DNA from: Octopus bimaculoides
Taxonomy: Eukaryota
Assembly: GCF_001194135.2 (NCBI RefSeq)
Contig: NC_068988.1
Location: 17,083,758-17,147,757, forward strand
Direction of reading: 5' to 3'
DNA length: 64,000 bases
Below the pieces are notes generated by a model that was given only the letters and a program-made list of their open reading frames with translations, was not told the DNA's origin and ran no database searches. Shown here piece after piece: positions 49,376-61,958 of this stretch. A program made the translations under genes and the position numbers. Each line of letters starts with the position of its first letter. Positions within the stretch are counted from its first letter, which is position 1.

Positions 49376-52300
49376 CTGGTATGATGTTTTTTGATGGCAT
49401 GCATTGATGTCGCAATTCCATTTATGACGAAGTCAGATGCTATATTTTGTTGTCTAACTATTCTTCAATAGTTCTTTATATCCATTAATCTATTCATATA
49501 TATATATATATATATATATATACATGTGTGTGTGTCCGTGTGTGTGTATTTGTATGCATTTGATTATCTATATAATTAGTTATGAGTATATTCATATGTA
49601 CGTCTGTGTATACACACACATGCACACATATATATATCTGCATGTGTATATATTAATACCTACGCTGGTGGTTGTACAGATAGACGGGTGGGGGATAACT
49701 ATAATTCTATGCTCGATTAAGATTACTTTAAAAATTTAAGTATCAGAGCATCTAATGCAGTTACACAACGAAATATCCAGTATATTGTTGGTTAATAGGA
49801 ATGCAAAATGTACGTCCGTAGAGCTCAATACAGAGCTGCAGCATGGCCAGATAATTGCTACTATAATCTAAATTTTATGTGCCATTGATTCTTTGAAGAT
49901 TGTGCATTTTAAATTAATGGTTTCTACATTCAACATTGTCTTTGTATATCTTGCTTTTAACATCTTTAGTTTCGGACACCATTTTTAAAAACATTACTTG
50001 AAAGTGTTTAGGTTAATTGGATTCTTTGCCAATAATTTCTTTTTAATGTCGATTCCGTCTCGCTAGCTATCTTGGAAATTGTATCAGAGATTCTTGGTTA
50101 GCTAATGAAATTAATGTGGCGATGAAAAGGAGACGGAGAAAAATAGCAATTTTCCGGAAACTTGTCTCAATATCTCTAGTTTTAATATTCGTCAGCGTAT
50201 TTTTCTTTTCACATAATTATAGACGTTATCCATTGTTGCTGTTTCAAAATAAATCAAAAATAGTTTTGCACAATCTACAGAGGGGCTCTTATCTGGAATT
50301 ATTATTATGATTATATATATTTTTTATTGTCATATTCTGTTCGATGTATTTCTGCACTATATGCCACCAATTACTACCATGTATTACTTGCAATTAATGT
50401 TATCAGCATAGCCATCGCGTAGTTTACTACAGAATCTCACTTCAGATATTATTGCTGGTGGAAGATGAATTTTTATTCCACACTGAATTGCAGTCCTCAG
50501 TTTATGTGATTTTCATAAACTCGAACTTCACTTACGTTTCGCTGCATTAAAATGCTTTAAATAACATATCTCCTTATTAGACAATCTGTTTCACGTCAAA
50601 AATCATACTAAATATCATGATTATATTTTTGTCCCTTTATTTTCTCTCCATAACCTACAAGTTTTAACTCGAATAAAATGCACGACGTTATATAACACAT
50701 AAAACGTTATATTTTATACCGTCATAAAGCACGGAATATATTTTCATCAAACACTCTTAGACGAATTCACTGAAGTTATACATTTTATGGCTGTGCGAGA
50801 TTTATTAAATTCAGTTGGAGCTATGAATGATCTAAACTATAATGGAGCATTATAACTTTTGATAATTGATTTTGTCTTTCCAGGCTAATATATCTAATAC
50901 GGAAGTGATTTCATTTACTCCTTTCTAATTATTTTCCACTTACGTGAAGTAACATATGTGTTGTGGCTATTGTCTAGCCTTTAGATCAGCTTCCATCGCA
51001 CAAAGCGATGTCGAAAGGGTTTCACAGAATAAGTAACGTTTATGTATCTTTATTTCATACAACATATATATTGGACTACATTGTCGAATCTTTCCTTTAT
51101 TATATCAGATACAAATTATATAACTTGAGTTGGATATGATTGCAAATTGTAGGAGGTCCAACGACCATGTAGGGAATGTGTATGTTATTGATTTGTGGTT
51201 GGATCTTTTAAAAGTGTTTGGAGACCTACCATCAGAATGAATACACCCTGTGAATGCACAATAGAAATCTATACACAACGTAAAATATACGTTCATTTCA
51301 CCCCGTAAATATACTCACCTATAGAGGAAGCGATTTTTCCCCTTCCGATAAAAACACTACTTCATTATTACTGTCTTTCAGTAAATACGCCGCCTCACCA
51401 CTCTGTTATATATCTTTATGAATTTATTAATCATATTCAATTTCAATGTTCCTTTTCTTGTCTGTATTTGAATTAATTAATCTTTTAAAATGTTTTCATT
51501 AAATATTTTAACTTGCATTTGGCTACATGGTATGCAAGAAAAATGAACCATTGGTAAAGTTTTCCAACGTCTAATTCGGAACATTATGAATTAGTTTCAA
51601 ATAAGGTTGAATGCAATTCCAATTCGAATCATTTTTCTAGATATCTTTTAACCTGATAGTTTACAATATACATTTCCCTGTTTATTGAAGTATGAAATTA
51701 TTCTTATTTATCTATTTTCGTGTGTTTATCAGTTTATAGGACATTCGGTGATATATTATATGTTAATAAATGTCTAATGTTGTTCCAGCTTATGATGAGT
51801 CTGAATGCATTTCTACGTGTAACCAAAAGAAATGTACCCTATCAGTTTTTCTCCCCTATATACATATCAATGTAGCAACGATCTTCTAATCACTGTTTAT
51901 GTGTGGTTTCTTTCCAATGAAATGTGTGCCATTGTCTCTGCAACTAATGCATCTCAGTTTATTTTGTTAGGCGTGTGTCTTCAGAGCATCCTGTAATATT
52001 ACAATCAAAACATACCAGACGGTGAATGCAACCTGAAATGCCAATAACAAGCGTGCGCGAGTGTGCGAACATGTATCAGTGTACATGCATATATGTGCGT
52101 CTGTATATGTACATGATAGAAGGATTCATTTGTTTTGAAAACAGCGACATTTGTAGTCACTTGGCCTCTTGCCAATCTTTGCTGTTGTTCCATATTAAAA
52201 ACATCAAACATTTTGTAGCCCTAGTTTCGCACCAGCGTTTTATATTATAATATTTAGATGAACTTGCTCAGCATTTAATCTCTCATTTCCAAAAAGAAAA

Positions 52301-52517
52301 AAATCAAACAAGTCTAGAAGATATTGGAAATAGAAATAAGAAGAGGATATTTTGCTCCCTCGATCGTTTTATTATGAGTGACTTTGACAGGTCGTTAGCG
52401 CTACTCCCTTAGTTTCATTACATATGGAGACAGATGAAGTTTGTTATATGAGTTTGCGATAATCTGGTCACCGTGCGTCTTCCTTGAAGTACCTTTAGTT
52501 TCTGAGACGAGGTAGAA

Positions 52518-53269
52518 GAAAGTCACTGTCAACACAGTGGTCCATCTCATAGTAGTACAATATTTTAATAAGAAGACGCAAATACAGTGATTGTACACGT
52601 TAGCAAGTCTTCAGGAGTTTCATATCTAAAAAAATATATATGACGCAAGAAAATATATTTATGTGAGTGAATATGCGCAGAACATGAAATTATTATGTTT
52701 ATGGATGTTTTCTTATCGTATATGCTTATACCAAAATAATTCAATATAATATTATATTTGAAATTGTTTCTTCTACGACTAAATTGTTTCTTCTACGGCT
52801 AAATTGTTTATCGCCGTTTTCTTGTAAGTGTTCATTCTGTGATGCAATTTGGTTTTACACGCTATTTTTGCTTTTTTAATTTTTCTGTACTCTGTTATGA
52901 GTTATCGTTCCTCGATGAGCAGATTTGTAGATAATGGTAAACAAACCTTCTTCTTCTATTTCTTCTAATTATGATTATTAATATCATTATTGTTATTATT
53001 ATTATTTTTCTTCTTATTGTTATTTATCCTTTCTTATTTGAATCAAGGCCAGTGCATTTTAGGGGTGGGGAAGTCGATTACATCGACCCCACTGTTCAAC
53101 ATGTACTTAATTTATCGGTCAGCGAAGGTTCTAATGCAAAGTTCACGTGGATGAAATTTCAACTAAGAACTGAGAAAGTCATCGGTATCACAAGGGTCCA
53201 TCTCATAGAGGTACAATATTTTAATAAGAAGACACATATATAGTGCTTGTACACATTAGCATGTCTTCA
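52518..53269. repeat. 96-bp diverged direct repeat pair (52518-52613 and 53174-53269)
   Basis: GAAAGTCA...GGTCCATCTCATAG...GTACAATATTTTAATAAGAAGAC...TTGTACAC.TTAGCA.GTCTTCA occurs at both sites. Confidence 0.85.
53035..53171 (-). mobile_element. SINE family C, 5'-truncated, degenerate
   Basis: AAGGCCAG...GTCGATTACATCGACCCC...GTACTTAATTTATCG is the reverse complement of the C central domain. ATT-rich tail at 52970-53035. Confidence 0.78.
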
Positions 53270-55130
53270 AAATTATTCCGACGCGGTTTTGATTCAACGC
53301 GCTCGCCGCCTTATTTTTAATCGTAGCAATAAGAAATAGAAAGAAGAGGTAGAAGAATAATTATTGATTTTAGTATGATTATTTCTTTAGTAGTAGTGTT
53401 AGCATAAGACATTATAATTATTATTGTTCTTTCTATTGCTATTATTAGAACAATGTATTTATTAATGTTAATCTTGGCATTAAATCATGGTAAAAAAAAA
53501 ATATTTGCACAAACAATGCCACTCGCTGTTCAGAAGCAATTAACATATCTCATTACTAAATACTATTAAAATTTACCTTTTTTCTGTATAAAACATAAAT
53601 CAATAATATTTAAAAGGTAGCCAAAATACAGTGTGACTTCTTATTGTGTAATAATTATCTATTTTATATAAATAGTTGTAGTCAAAGAGAATTGTGACTT
53701 ACGCCTACTTGTTTTTCTTTTCTTCAGTGGTCGTATATAATCTGGAATAGTAGAAATAAACGTAAATTAGGGACTCGACAAATATGACTCCACAAAATAT
53801 GTAAGACGCTGAAATAAGTACCTTCGTTTTAGTTACTGTGCTGCATTCCCATAATACATTTACTTGTTTCTTTCTTTTACAACTATAAAAAATGTTTTGT
53901 GTGAAATATATATATATATATTTAATTGTAATCAGAGTGTATATGAGGTACCCAATCAAACCTTACAGGCAGCGGAATATAAAACAGTGGCGAAGCACGG
54001 TAGGCCTTCCAGAAACTGGCAACATTTTACTTGTAGGTGTTAATACCATCGATTTTATACTCTGAAATATTTCTCTCCTTTGCTCTCGTCTAATCTTCTC
54101 ACGACTTTTCTATCTCCTACAGCCACGAGAAAAATCCTTACCATTACCAACTTTTACACTAATATGAACCAGAATACTTCAAGACACCGTGAATCAGTAA
54201 TAATTACTTTGAACAGCATCAAAATCAACCACAAATTATCACAACACTACTATATTTTACTTACACTTATTATTTTCATTCTTCTGATTCCACTTCCAAT
54301 ATCAATATTTTCAGCACTATTACAAATATATCTGCCACAGCTTGAAATGAAATGTCGCATGCCACCAAAAACACCACCACCACCACCACCACTATCACCA
54401 CTACAAACCTATCTGCACGGCATATACTTCTAATATAGCAAATTCTTTTTCATCAAAGATCTGATTGATGCCCTCTCCATTTACTGTAACACTGTGATGA
54501 CAACATTGATTTGATATACTTCATACTATTTACCACTATGACAACTGAGTGCACATTCTTTTTCTCCGTTAAAGTTTGGAAATGTAATGCACTTTAAATC
54601 AGCTCTAATTTAATTAAAAGCTTTTTCTTGTAGCTTTATTTGTTTTGTTAATTGAATTAATTATGATTAAAGGTTTTTCGACCTCCGCTAATTGCGTACA
54701 AGACGGTTCTGTTCTTTTGCATTTGGGATTTTAGCTTGTCATACGCGTAATTGGTCAAGTGTCAAAAAAAGATTTATTTTTTGTAAATTTGCATAACACT
54801 ATTTAAATGTATCTTAATGGAATGTAAATTACTTTTAAAGCATAAAAAGTTAGCATTTAAATCAACTGTATGGGGGCTGTTCGAAAGTACACTTCCACTA
54901 TTATAAAAGCACTTTTGATATTTCAAACTGGCGAAGTTTTATCAAATCTTTTCACTCTTTTACATATAATAAAATTTTCTGCTCTGTGTTCCATTATGAT
55001 GTCGACATAAAATCGCTAACATTTATTAAAATTTCGCATACAATATCCAAGTTATCTTAAAATCGATTCATATATGTGTGCGTGAGTTCGTGCATGTGTG
55101 TGTATTTGTATATGTATGCATGTGTGTATA

Positions 55131-55167
<37 letters not shown>

Positions 55168-56601
55168 NNNNNNNNNNNNNNNNNNNNNNNNNNNNNNNNN
55201 NNNNNNNNNNNNNNNNNNNNNNNNNNNNNNNNNNNNNNNNNNNNNNNNNNNNNNNNNNNNNNNNNNNNNNNNNNNNNNNNNNNNNNNNNNNNNNNNNNNN
55301 NNNNNNNNNNNNNNNNNNNNNNNNNNNNNNNNNNNNNNNNNNNNNNNNNNNNNNNNNNNNNNNNNNNNNNNNNNNNNNNNNNNNNNNNNNNNNNNNNNNN
55401 NNNNNNNNNNNNNNNNNNNNNNNNNNNNNNNNNNNNNNNNNNNNNNNNNNNNNNNNNNNNNNNNNNNNNNNNNNNNNNNNNNNNNNNNNNNNNNNNNNNN
55501 NNNNNNNNNNNNNNNNNNNNNNNNNNNNNNNNNNNNNNNNNNNNNNNNNNNNNNNNNNNNNNNNNNNNNNNNNNNNNNNNNNNNNNNNNNNNNNNNNNNN
55601 NNNNNNNNNNNNNNNNNNNNNNNNNNNNNNNNNNNNNNNNNNNNNNNNNNNNNNNNNNNNNNNNNNNNNNNNNNNNNNNNNNNNNNNNNNNNNNNNNNNN
55701 NNNNNNNNNNNNNNNNNNNNNNNNNNNNNNNNNNNNNNNNNNNNNNNNNNNNNNNNNNNNNNNNNNNNNNNNNNNNNNNNNNNNNNNNNNNNNNNNNNNN
55801 NNNNNNNNNNNNNNNNNNNNNNNNNNNNNNNNNNNNNNNNNGAGAGAGAGAGAGAGAGAGAGAGGTATTGGTATAGAGAGACGGAGAAAGAGAGAAAGCA
55901 AGAGAAATACCACAAGCTTAATTGCATTAAGCTCTATAGAACATTTCAGTACGAATTGAATTCTTATTACGACCGTATACTGAAGAATAACTACGCTATA
56001 TTTTCTGTATAACATGGATATTAAAGAATCAAATTAATCACAAGATTCCTGATTGGGTGACTTCATCTGATAGACAGATATTACTTGGAAAATCCAGTTA
56101 TAGAAACGGAGAATGCAAACTGTCTAAGTAGTAACTTAATTAATGAGTATCCCAGAATTTACTATCTTTTTAAATGAAATCTAGCAAATAAGAAAAAACT
56201 GACAGCATTTTATGTGTATTACTTAAGTATCAAACCAAAACTGATAGATTCATAAATCGTAGGTTAAACCTTATAGAAAATTTTGAATATGTGTTCTATC
56301 TGCATCATTGCAATTTTCAAATCTATCCTTGGCATGTGAAATACCTACTGGAGAATTTCAGGAGTAGATGCGTTCTTTATTTTCAGCTAAATTATTGCTC
56401 CATCCTTGGGATGAAGGTAGAGAAAATGACTGCAGCCAAACTGAAGAAATACTGTCGTGGACAGAAAAGAAAAGAAAATTTGAAACAATTATAGCAATTA
56501 TAAAATTATCAAAGTGACACGTATTAATCATGATAAACATAGATGAATTGTCCGATTTCATTAAAATAGACAGTTACATATGGGACACTTTGAAATACTC
56601 G

Positions 56602-56809
56602 TTTCTAATTTAGGAACAAGTCCCTACATTTGGGGGAGGGAAAAAGTAGACTACATCGACCCCAGTACGCCATTGTTACTTCATTTATCGACCCTAAAAG
56701 GATGAAAGGAAAAGTCGACCTTGGCGAAATTTGAACTCATAACGTAAAGATAGACGAAATAAGCTAAGCATTTTGGCCGGCTTGCTAACGATTCTGCCAG
56801 CTCACAGCC
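56602..56809 (-). mobile_element. SINE family C, full length, with probable target-site duplication
   Basis: Reverse complement of family C. Flanked by TGGGACACTTTGAAATA (56581-56597) and TGGGACACTGAAATA (56810-56824). Confidence 0.9.
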
Positions 56810-58028
56810 TGGGACACTGAAATAGAATTTTAAATATGAAAATGTATGAATCTATGAAATCATACGTACTTAAGAACATAATTCAGCATGTTTATGACGT
56901 TATCAGTATGTTGAAAAGGGAAAATATTTCTTGTAATTTGAATAATGAAGACGTGTTCATGTATAAAGTTTAAATTTCGTAACTGATTCCTGAGATTGGT
57001 TTCTCTTGAATTTCCATCTATGTTCCATACGTCTTTTTCTCTCCATGATGAGAGTAGTATTGTGCTAATGGATTCTGAAATTAGTTATTTTCCTTATAAT
57101 AATTTGCTGCTATTTATTACCTACACACATATATTTGAGTTCAGGCACTTGGTACGGTCAAAATAATTTAATCCACTGCGTATATGTTTCTTAGATCTTA
57201 GCGAAAGTTAAATACTATCGAAGCTTCCGCGATTTGTATTGGGTCAGTGAATTTAATTCCATCTTCGTCAGCACAGGCAAACCCCACTTACGCCTGTGTA
57301 TGATTCCGTATATGTTCAAAATATATTCTCCTACGCAGTGGATATGAAATTTACGCGACTCTCCAAACGAATAGTCATGTTAGAGTTTATATTGTAGATC
57401 AGATGTATAATGCAATATATCAATCTGTGCAAGTGAGTGTTTACTTCAGACTCGAACGAGTAATCTGTGAAACAAATTGTTACCTAAAAATTCCATGCAC
57501 TATATTAAGTATAATTATCTAAATATAATTAAGTTACAAGATGAAGTGGCAATGTAAATGAGATTAATAGTGTGAATATCCAATAGTACAAGTAGTGAAT
57601 GTTTGAAGTAAATAAGATACTTCTTGTGTTAACATTATTCCATTTGTTTTAATGGGCGAATGCTTTAAAGAAAATTTGCAAAAGCATAACAAAATCAAGG
57701 GAGAAATAGAAGAAAAAGAAATAATATATCAATTTCTGGGTTAAAAGTACAAGTGACATGCTGTTGAAATAGAAACATATTATTTACCTCCAAGAAGTAG
57801 GTTACACTTAAATGAGATTCTAGTTGACTTAATGTCAACCTTAATATCACAATTAATTGTTTCAGAGTTTAGAAATTAATTCAAAACAGTGTAATATAAT
57901 AACATCGAGAAACGTTCAATATTGATGATTCGTTTTATTATTAAATTAAGGAATATATTTCTTTTGCTATTTCCTCGTAACCACTCAAATGTTATAATCT
58001 CTCATCCTAACTAATCAATTTCCACTAC

Positions 58029-58029
<1 letters not shown>

Positions 58030-58105
<76 letters not shown>
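58030..58105. repeat. (TG)n microsatellite
   Basis: Directly visible. Confidence 0.95.
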
Positions 58106-58334
58106 TTGTGTTAGAAGGCGCAACGCTGTCATTGTACCAGGTAAATTTGTGAATCTATCATTATAGTGGTACACTAGAATTTCCGGAGTGAAGTTACTAA
58201 TCATATGGTCATATAACACAAGGTATTGCACCGAGCCAGTCAGTTCGAGAGAGCGAAAATTTATTCCCACGCAACATAGAGCGTCTTTAATTAGGTGAAC
58301 TGCAATAGCCGCGTAATCCTTATAAGTATAGGAA

Positions 58335-58400
58335 CACAGCCTGGAATTATGGGGGAAAATGTTAGTCGATTACATCGTCCTCAGTACTTAAGTGGCACAT
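58335..58400 (-). mobile_element. SINE family C 3' fragment
   Basis: TTAGTCGATTACATCGTCCTCAGTACTTAAGTGG. Confidence 0.65.
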
Positions 58401-58941
58401 TTCGGATATTTGCAAAGTATATTCTCTTATTGCTCTCGATATGGGATTTACGCGACTCTCCAGGCCAGGAGGTAAAGATGATCGAAGCATCGCTAAACAT
58501 TCGTTTGGAGTGATAACAATCCTGTAACATTGTCACAAAGGAAAGACCTGAGGTACACACGCTTTATATCTTGTCGACTGAATAACGGTTCACTCAACGT
58601 ATCTTTATGCCTTCTGTACGCCTTCTTCAGTTATTTCCAATGAAACATTAAGAAAGCAATGAATGAATGCTACACATTATACATATAACGTATCAACGTA
58701 TTTTAGATTTGACACGGGCTTTTAAATACAACTTTCTAAATAACCATTCCATGTTTTTGCATATTATAGTGTTGAATACCTTCCTTGATAATGAATGAAA
58801 TCCGAAATATAAATAGTTGATCTTACACCCATCATTTCCTATATATAAATGCTTTAATGCCTTTATATTTCTGTGAGTGTGTTTATATATATATATGTAT
58901 ATATATATGCATGAACGTATGTACGATTAAGGACATATGTG

Positions 58942-59116
58942 AAGTACGTATGCTTTCATCTGGAAAGCACACGAATATATACATATATATATATATATTC
59001 GTATGCTTTCCAGATGAAAGCGTATGTGTGAATATGTATATATATATATATATATATATNNNNNNNNNNAAGTACGTATGCTTTCATCTGGAAAGCACAC
59101 GAATATATACATATAT
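58942..59116. repeat. Three copies (+,-,+) of a ~35-bp unit containing the dyad GCTTTC-N5-GAAAGC
   Basis: Copies at 58942, 58995 (inverted) and 59070, separated by TA runs and a 10-N gap. Confidence 0.85.
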
Positions 59117-59993
59117 GTGTGTGCATGTATATATATTCTAAATGTTTTTTGTGATTTATGAAACTCAAAATAATTTTTATGAAAATTGAATCATTAGATA
59201 TAAATATTAATATTTTAACGAAAATTATTCATGAAATCGATAAAAATATAAATCAATAAATTTCAGTGCATAAAATTATAGGAGAATACGATAAAAGAAG
59301 ACTAATCGAGAACATTGAGTGCACAAACCAATGGAACGAACTGGGTTTGAAATAATGGAGATTAAACTAATCCATAAAAGACTTAATGTTCCCATTAGAT
59401 AAAGGTTATAACTTGTGACTACCACCTAATGAGGAGAAGTAAAAGAGGAAACGATTACATAGAAGTATTAGACCGGTTTTGTCAAAACTGCGTTTAACCA
59501 CAAACAATTCTTCGAATATGTGAAAATATGCTAATCGTCAAGCTACATTATATAAAATAACTTAAGCTGTTCCAAAGAATACATGTGAGCAAACGAAAAT
59601 GTTTAGAATAAATTCCGGCAGTAAATATAAATTAAATCCGGAACAATTCTAGATATTTAGATTATTATTCTCTTATATAAAATATACAACACAATCAACG
59701 TTGCACAACTGAAATAAAATACATAAATACATGTGTGAATATATATTAGCTGTAGAAATAATTGGAATTTATGCCCTTCAAGTCTATGAACGCCATATAT
59801 AGCTATGTAAAATAACATAGGGATCACATTGAGGTAAAAATATCCTAAAGCCGTCATGTCGTGGTAGGATACGCTTGATATATATTTACAAGATCCAATT
59901 TAAACGTTGAGGACTTTATCTAAGTGTGGCGTAGGCATTAAATGGAACAGAAATGGTATTTATGACAGTTCTCTTGATAGTATTCATTCATGA

Positions 59994-60373
59994 GTGGAGG
60001 CGCAATGGCCCAGTGCTTAGAGCAGCGGACTCGCCGTCATAGGATCGCGATTTCGATTCCCTGACCGGGCGTTGTGAGTGTTTATTGAGTGAAAACACCT
60101 AAATCTCCACGAAGCTCCGGCAGGGGATGGTGGCGAACCCTGCTGCACTCTTTCACCACAACTTTCTCTCACTCTCACTTCCTGTTTATGTTGTGCCTGT
60201 AATTCAAAGGGCTAGCCTTGTCAAACAATGTGTCACGCTGAATATTTCCGAGAACTACGTTAAGGGTACACGTGTCTGTGGAGTGCTCAGCCACTTGCAC
60301 GTTAATTTCACGAGCAAGCTGCTCTGTTGATCGGATCAACTGGAACCCTCGACGTCGTAAGCGACGGAGTGCC
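59994..60373 (+). mobile_element. SINE family A, full length
   Basis: Same head and body as 813-1192. Ends in (CA)n. Confidence 0.92.
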
Positions 60374-61555
60374 TATACACACACACACACACACACACAN
60401 NNNNNNNNNNNNNNNNNNNNNNNNNNNNNNNNNNNNNNNNNNNNNNNNNNNNNNNNNNNNNNNNNNNNNNNNNNNNNNNNNNNNNNNNNNNNNNNNNNNN
60501 NNNNNNNNNNNNNNNNNNNNNNNNNNNNNNNNNNNNNNNNNNNNNNNNNNNNNNNNNNNNNNNNNNNNNNNNNNNNNNNNNNNNNNNNNNNNNNNNNNNN
60601 NNNNACATCATAGCATAAATCCACCATTTTCAGGTAAAACTTTAAACTGGTATAGATAGATTAGGTGAAACTATAAATCTGACAAACCCAAAAGCATATT
60701 AAGAAAGTGATATTCTAAAAACTAATATTCGAATTTATTAAGTATAACGGGCATACGAAAAGCAACGATCGAGATCAAATAGATACTGACTTTTGAAAAA
60801 AATAAACTTCGTTAGATAAGGAATCTTAACTTTGATATGTTTGATTAACATAAACGCTTACGTGAAAATTTATGCTTGTGCGTGTGTGTGTGTGTGTTTG
60901 CATGTTTGTGTGTGTGCGTGTGTGTGTATGTATGTGTGTGTGTGAGTGTGAAATATTATGTGAATGTAAGTTCATAACAGTGACTAGCTGCGCAAGTAGA
61001 CTAATCCTTATCCAGGTCTATTTATCTTTATCTAAATACTTAAGTAAGGATGCAGGTATGTGAGCACATAGATATATATATGAGAGGGTCTATGTAAACT
61101 GTACTACTTTGTCAGTATGTGATAATGTTTATGTAGTTATCGCTAATTATTGTTTAATTATATATATTGATATAACCTGAAAGTTATAGGCAAGCGAGAC
61201 AACTAACCTCGGATCCCATTCAAGAATAAAGGATTCCGATATTTCAGCATGTTTATGACCTATCAGCATCACGTCTCCGAATCGAACGAGAGACGGATCG
61301 AATCACCATTCTACTAGTAGATATAAAAATTGTAAAGCTCTTTTACTGCTACGTCACAATAATGCATACGAAACGTTAAATTCCTAGACTGGCAATTCCG
61401 TTCGTTCCCGTTTCGATTCATTTACATGATGTTAAGAAGCCACAAATACCGGAAAATGTCGGTATCCATCACTCGTGAGGGGGGAACGGAGGAGAGGTTT
61501 TTTCGGCTGTTTATGACTTTCAGGTGTTTCAATACCCAGGGTAATAAATCCAACC

Positions 61556-61590
<35 letters not shown>

Positions 61591-61669
61591 TGTATTTAAA
61601 CATAATTAAAGGATAAAAACCATTGATACACATACACACATATATGTATATATATATATGATTCTCCAT

Positions 61670-61852
61670 GCTGGATGGCTGAAATCTACAAGTGTCTCTC
61701 TGTCTATTTTCTCTTATTCGTTTTTGTTGAAGAGCGTAGGCTCGAAACGTAAAGAGATTTCTAATTTTCACGAACGTCAAACTAATTAACACACTTGCCT
61801 GTTGTCTATACACCTATCTTCTTGTTTTGTGTTTCTGTAATTTTCAACTATA
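61670..61852 (+). mobile_element. PLE pLTR-like repeat with hammerhead-like core
   Basis: TTGAAGAGCGTAGGCTCGAAACGT (61727-61750), embedded between TA-rich tracts. Resembles an abundant octopus repeat as recalled. Confidence 0.5.
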
Positions 61853-61894
61853 TATCTCTGTACATGTATGTGTATCTTCCTCTCTGTCTCTCTG

Positions 61895-61958
<64 letters not shown>

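Noticed and set aside
26161-49403. Shared 15-mer TTTTGATGGCATGCA at ~26161 and ~49389
   Set aside because: The flanks do not align, so it is too short to infer homology.
54869-54888. Mariner-TIR-like TATGGGGGCTGTTCGAAAGT
   Set aside because: No partner TIR or transposase similarity found nearby.
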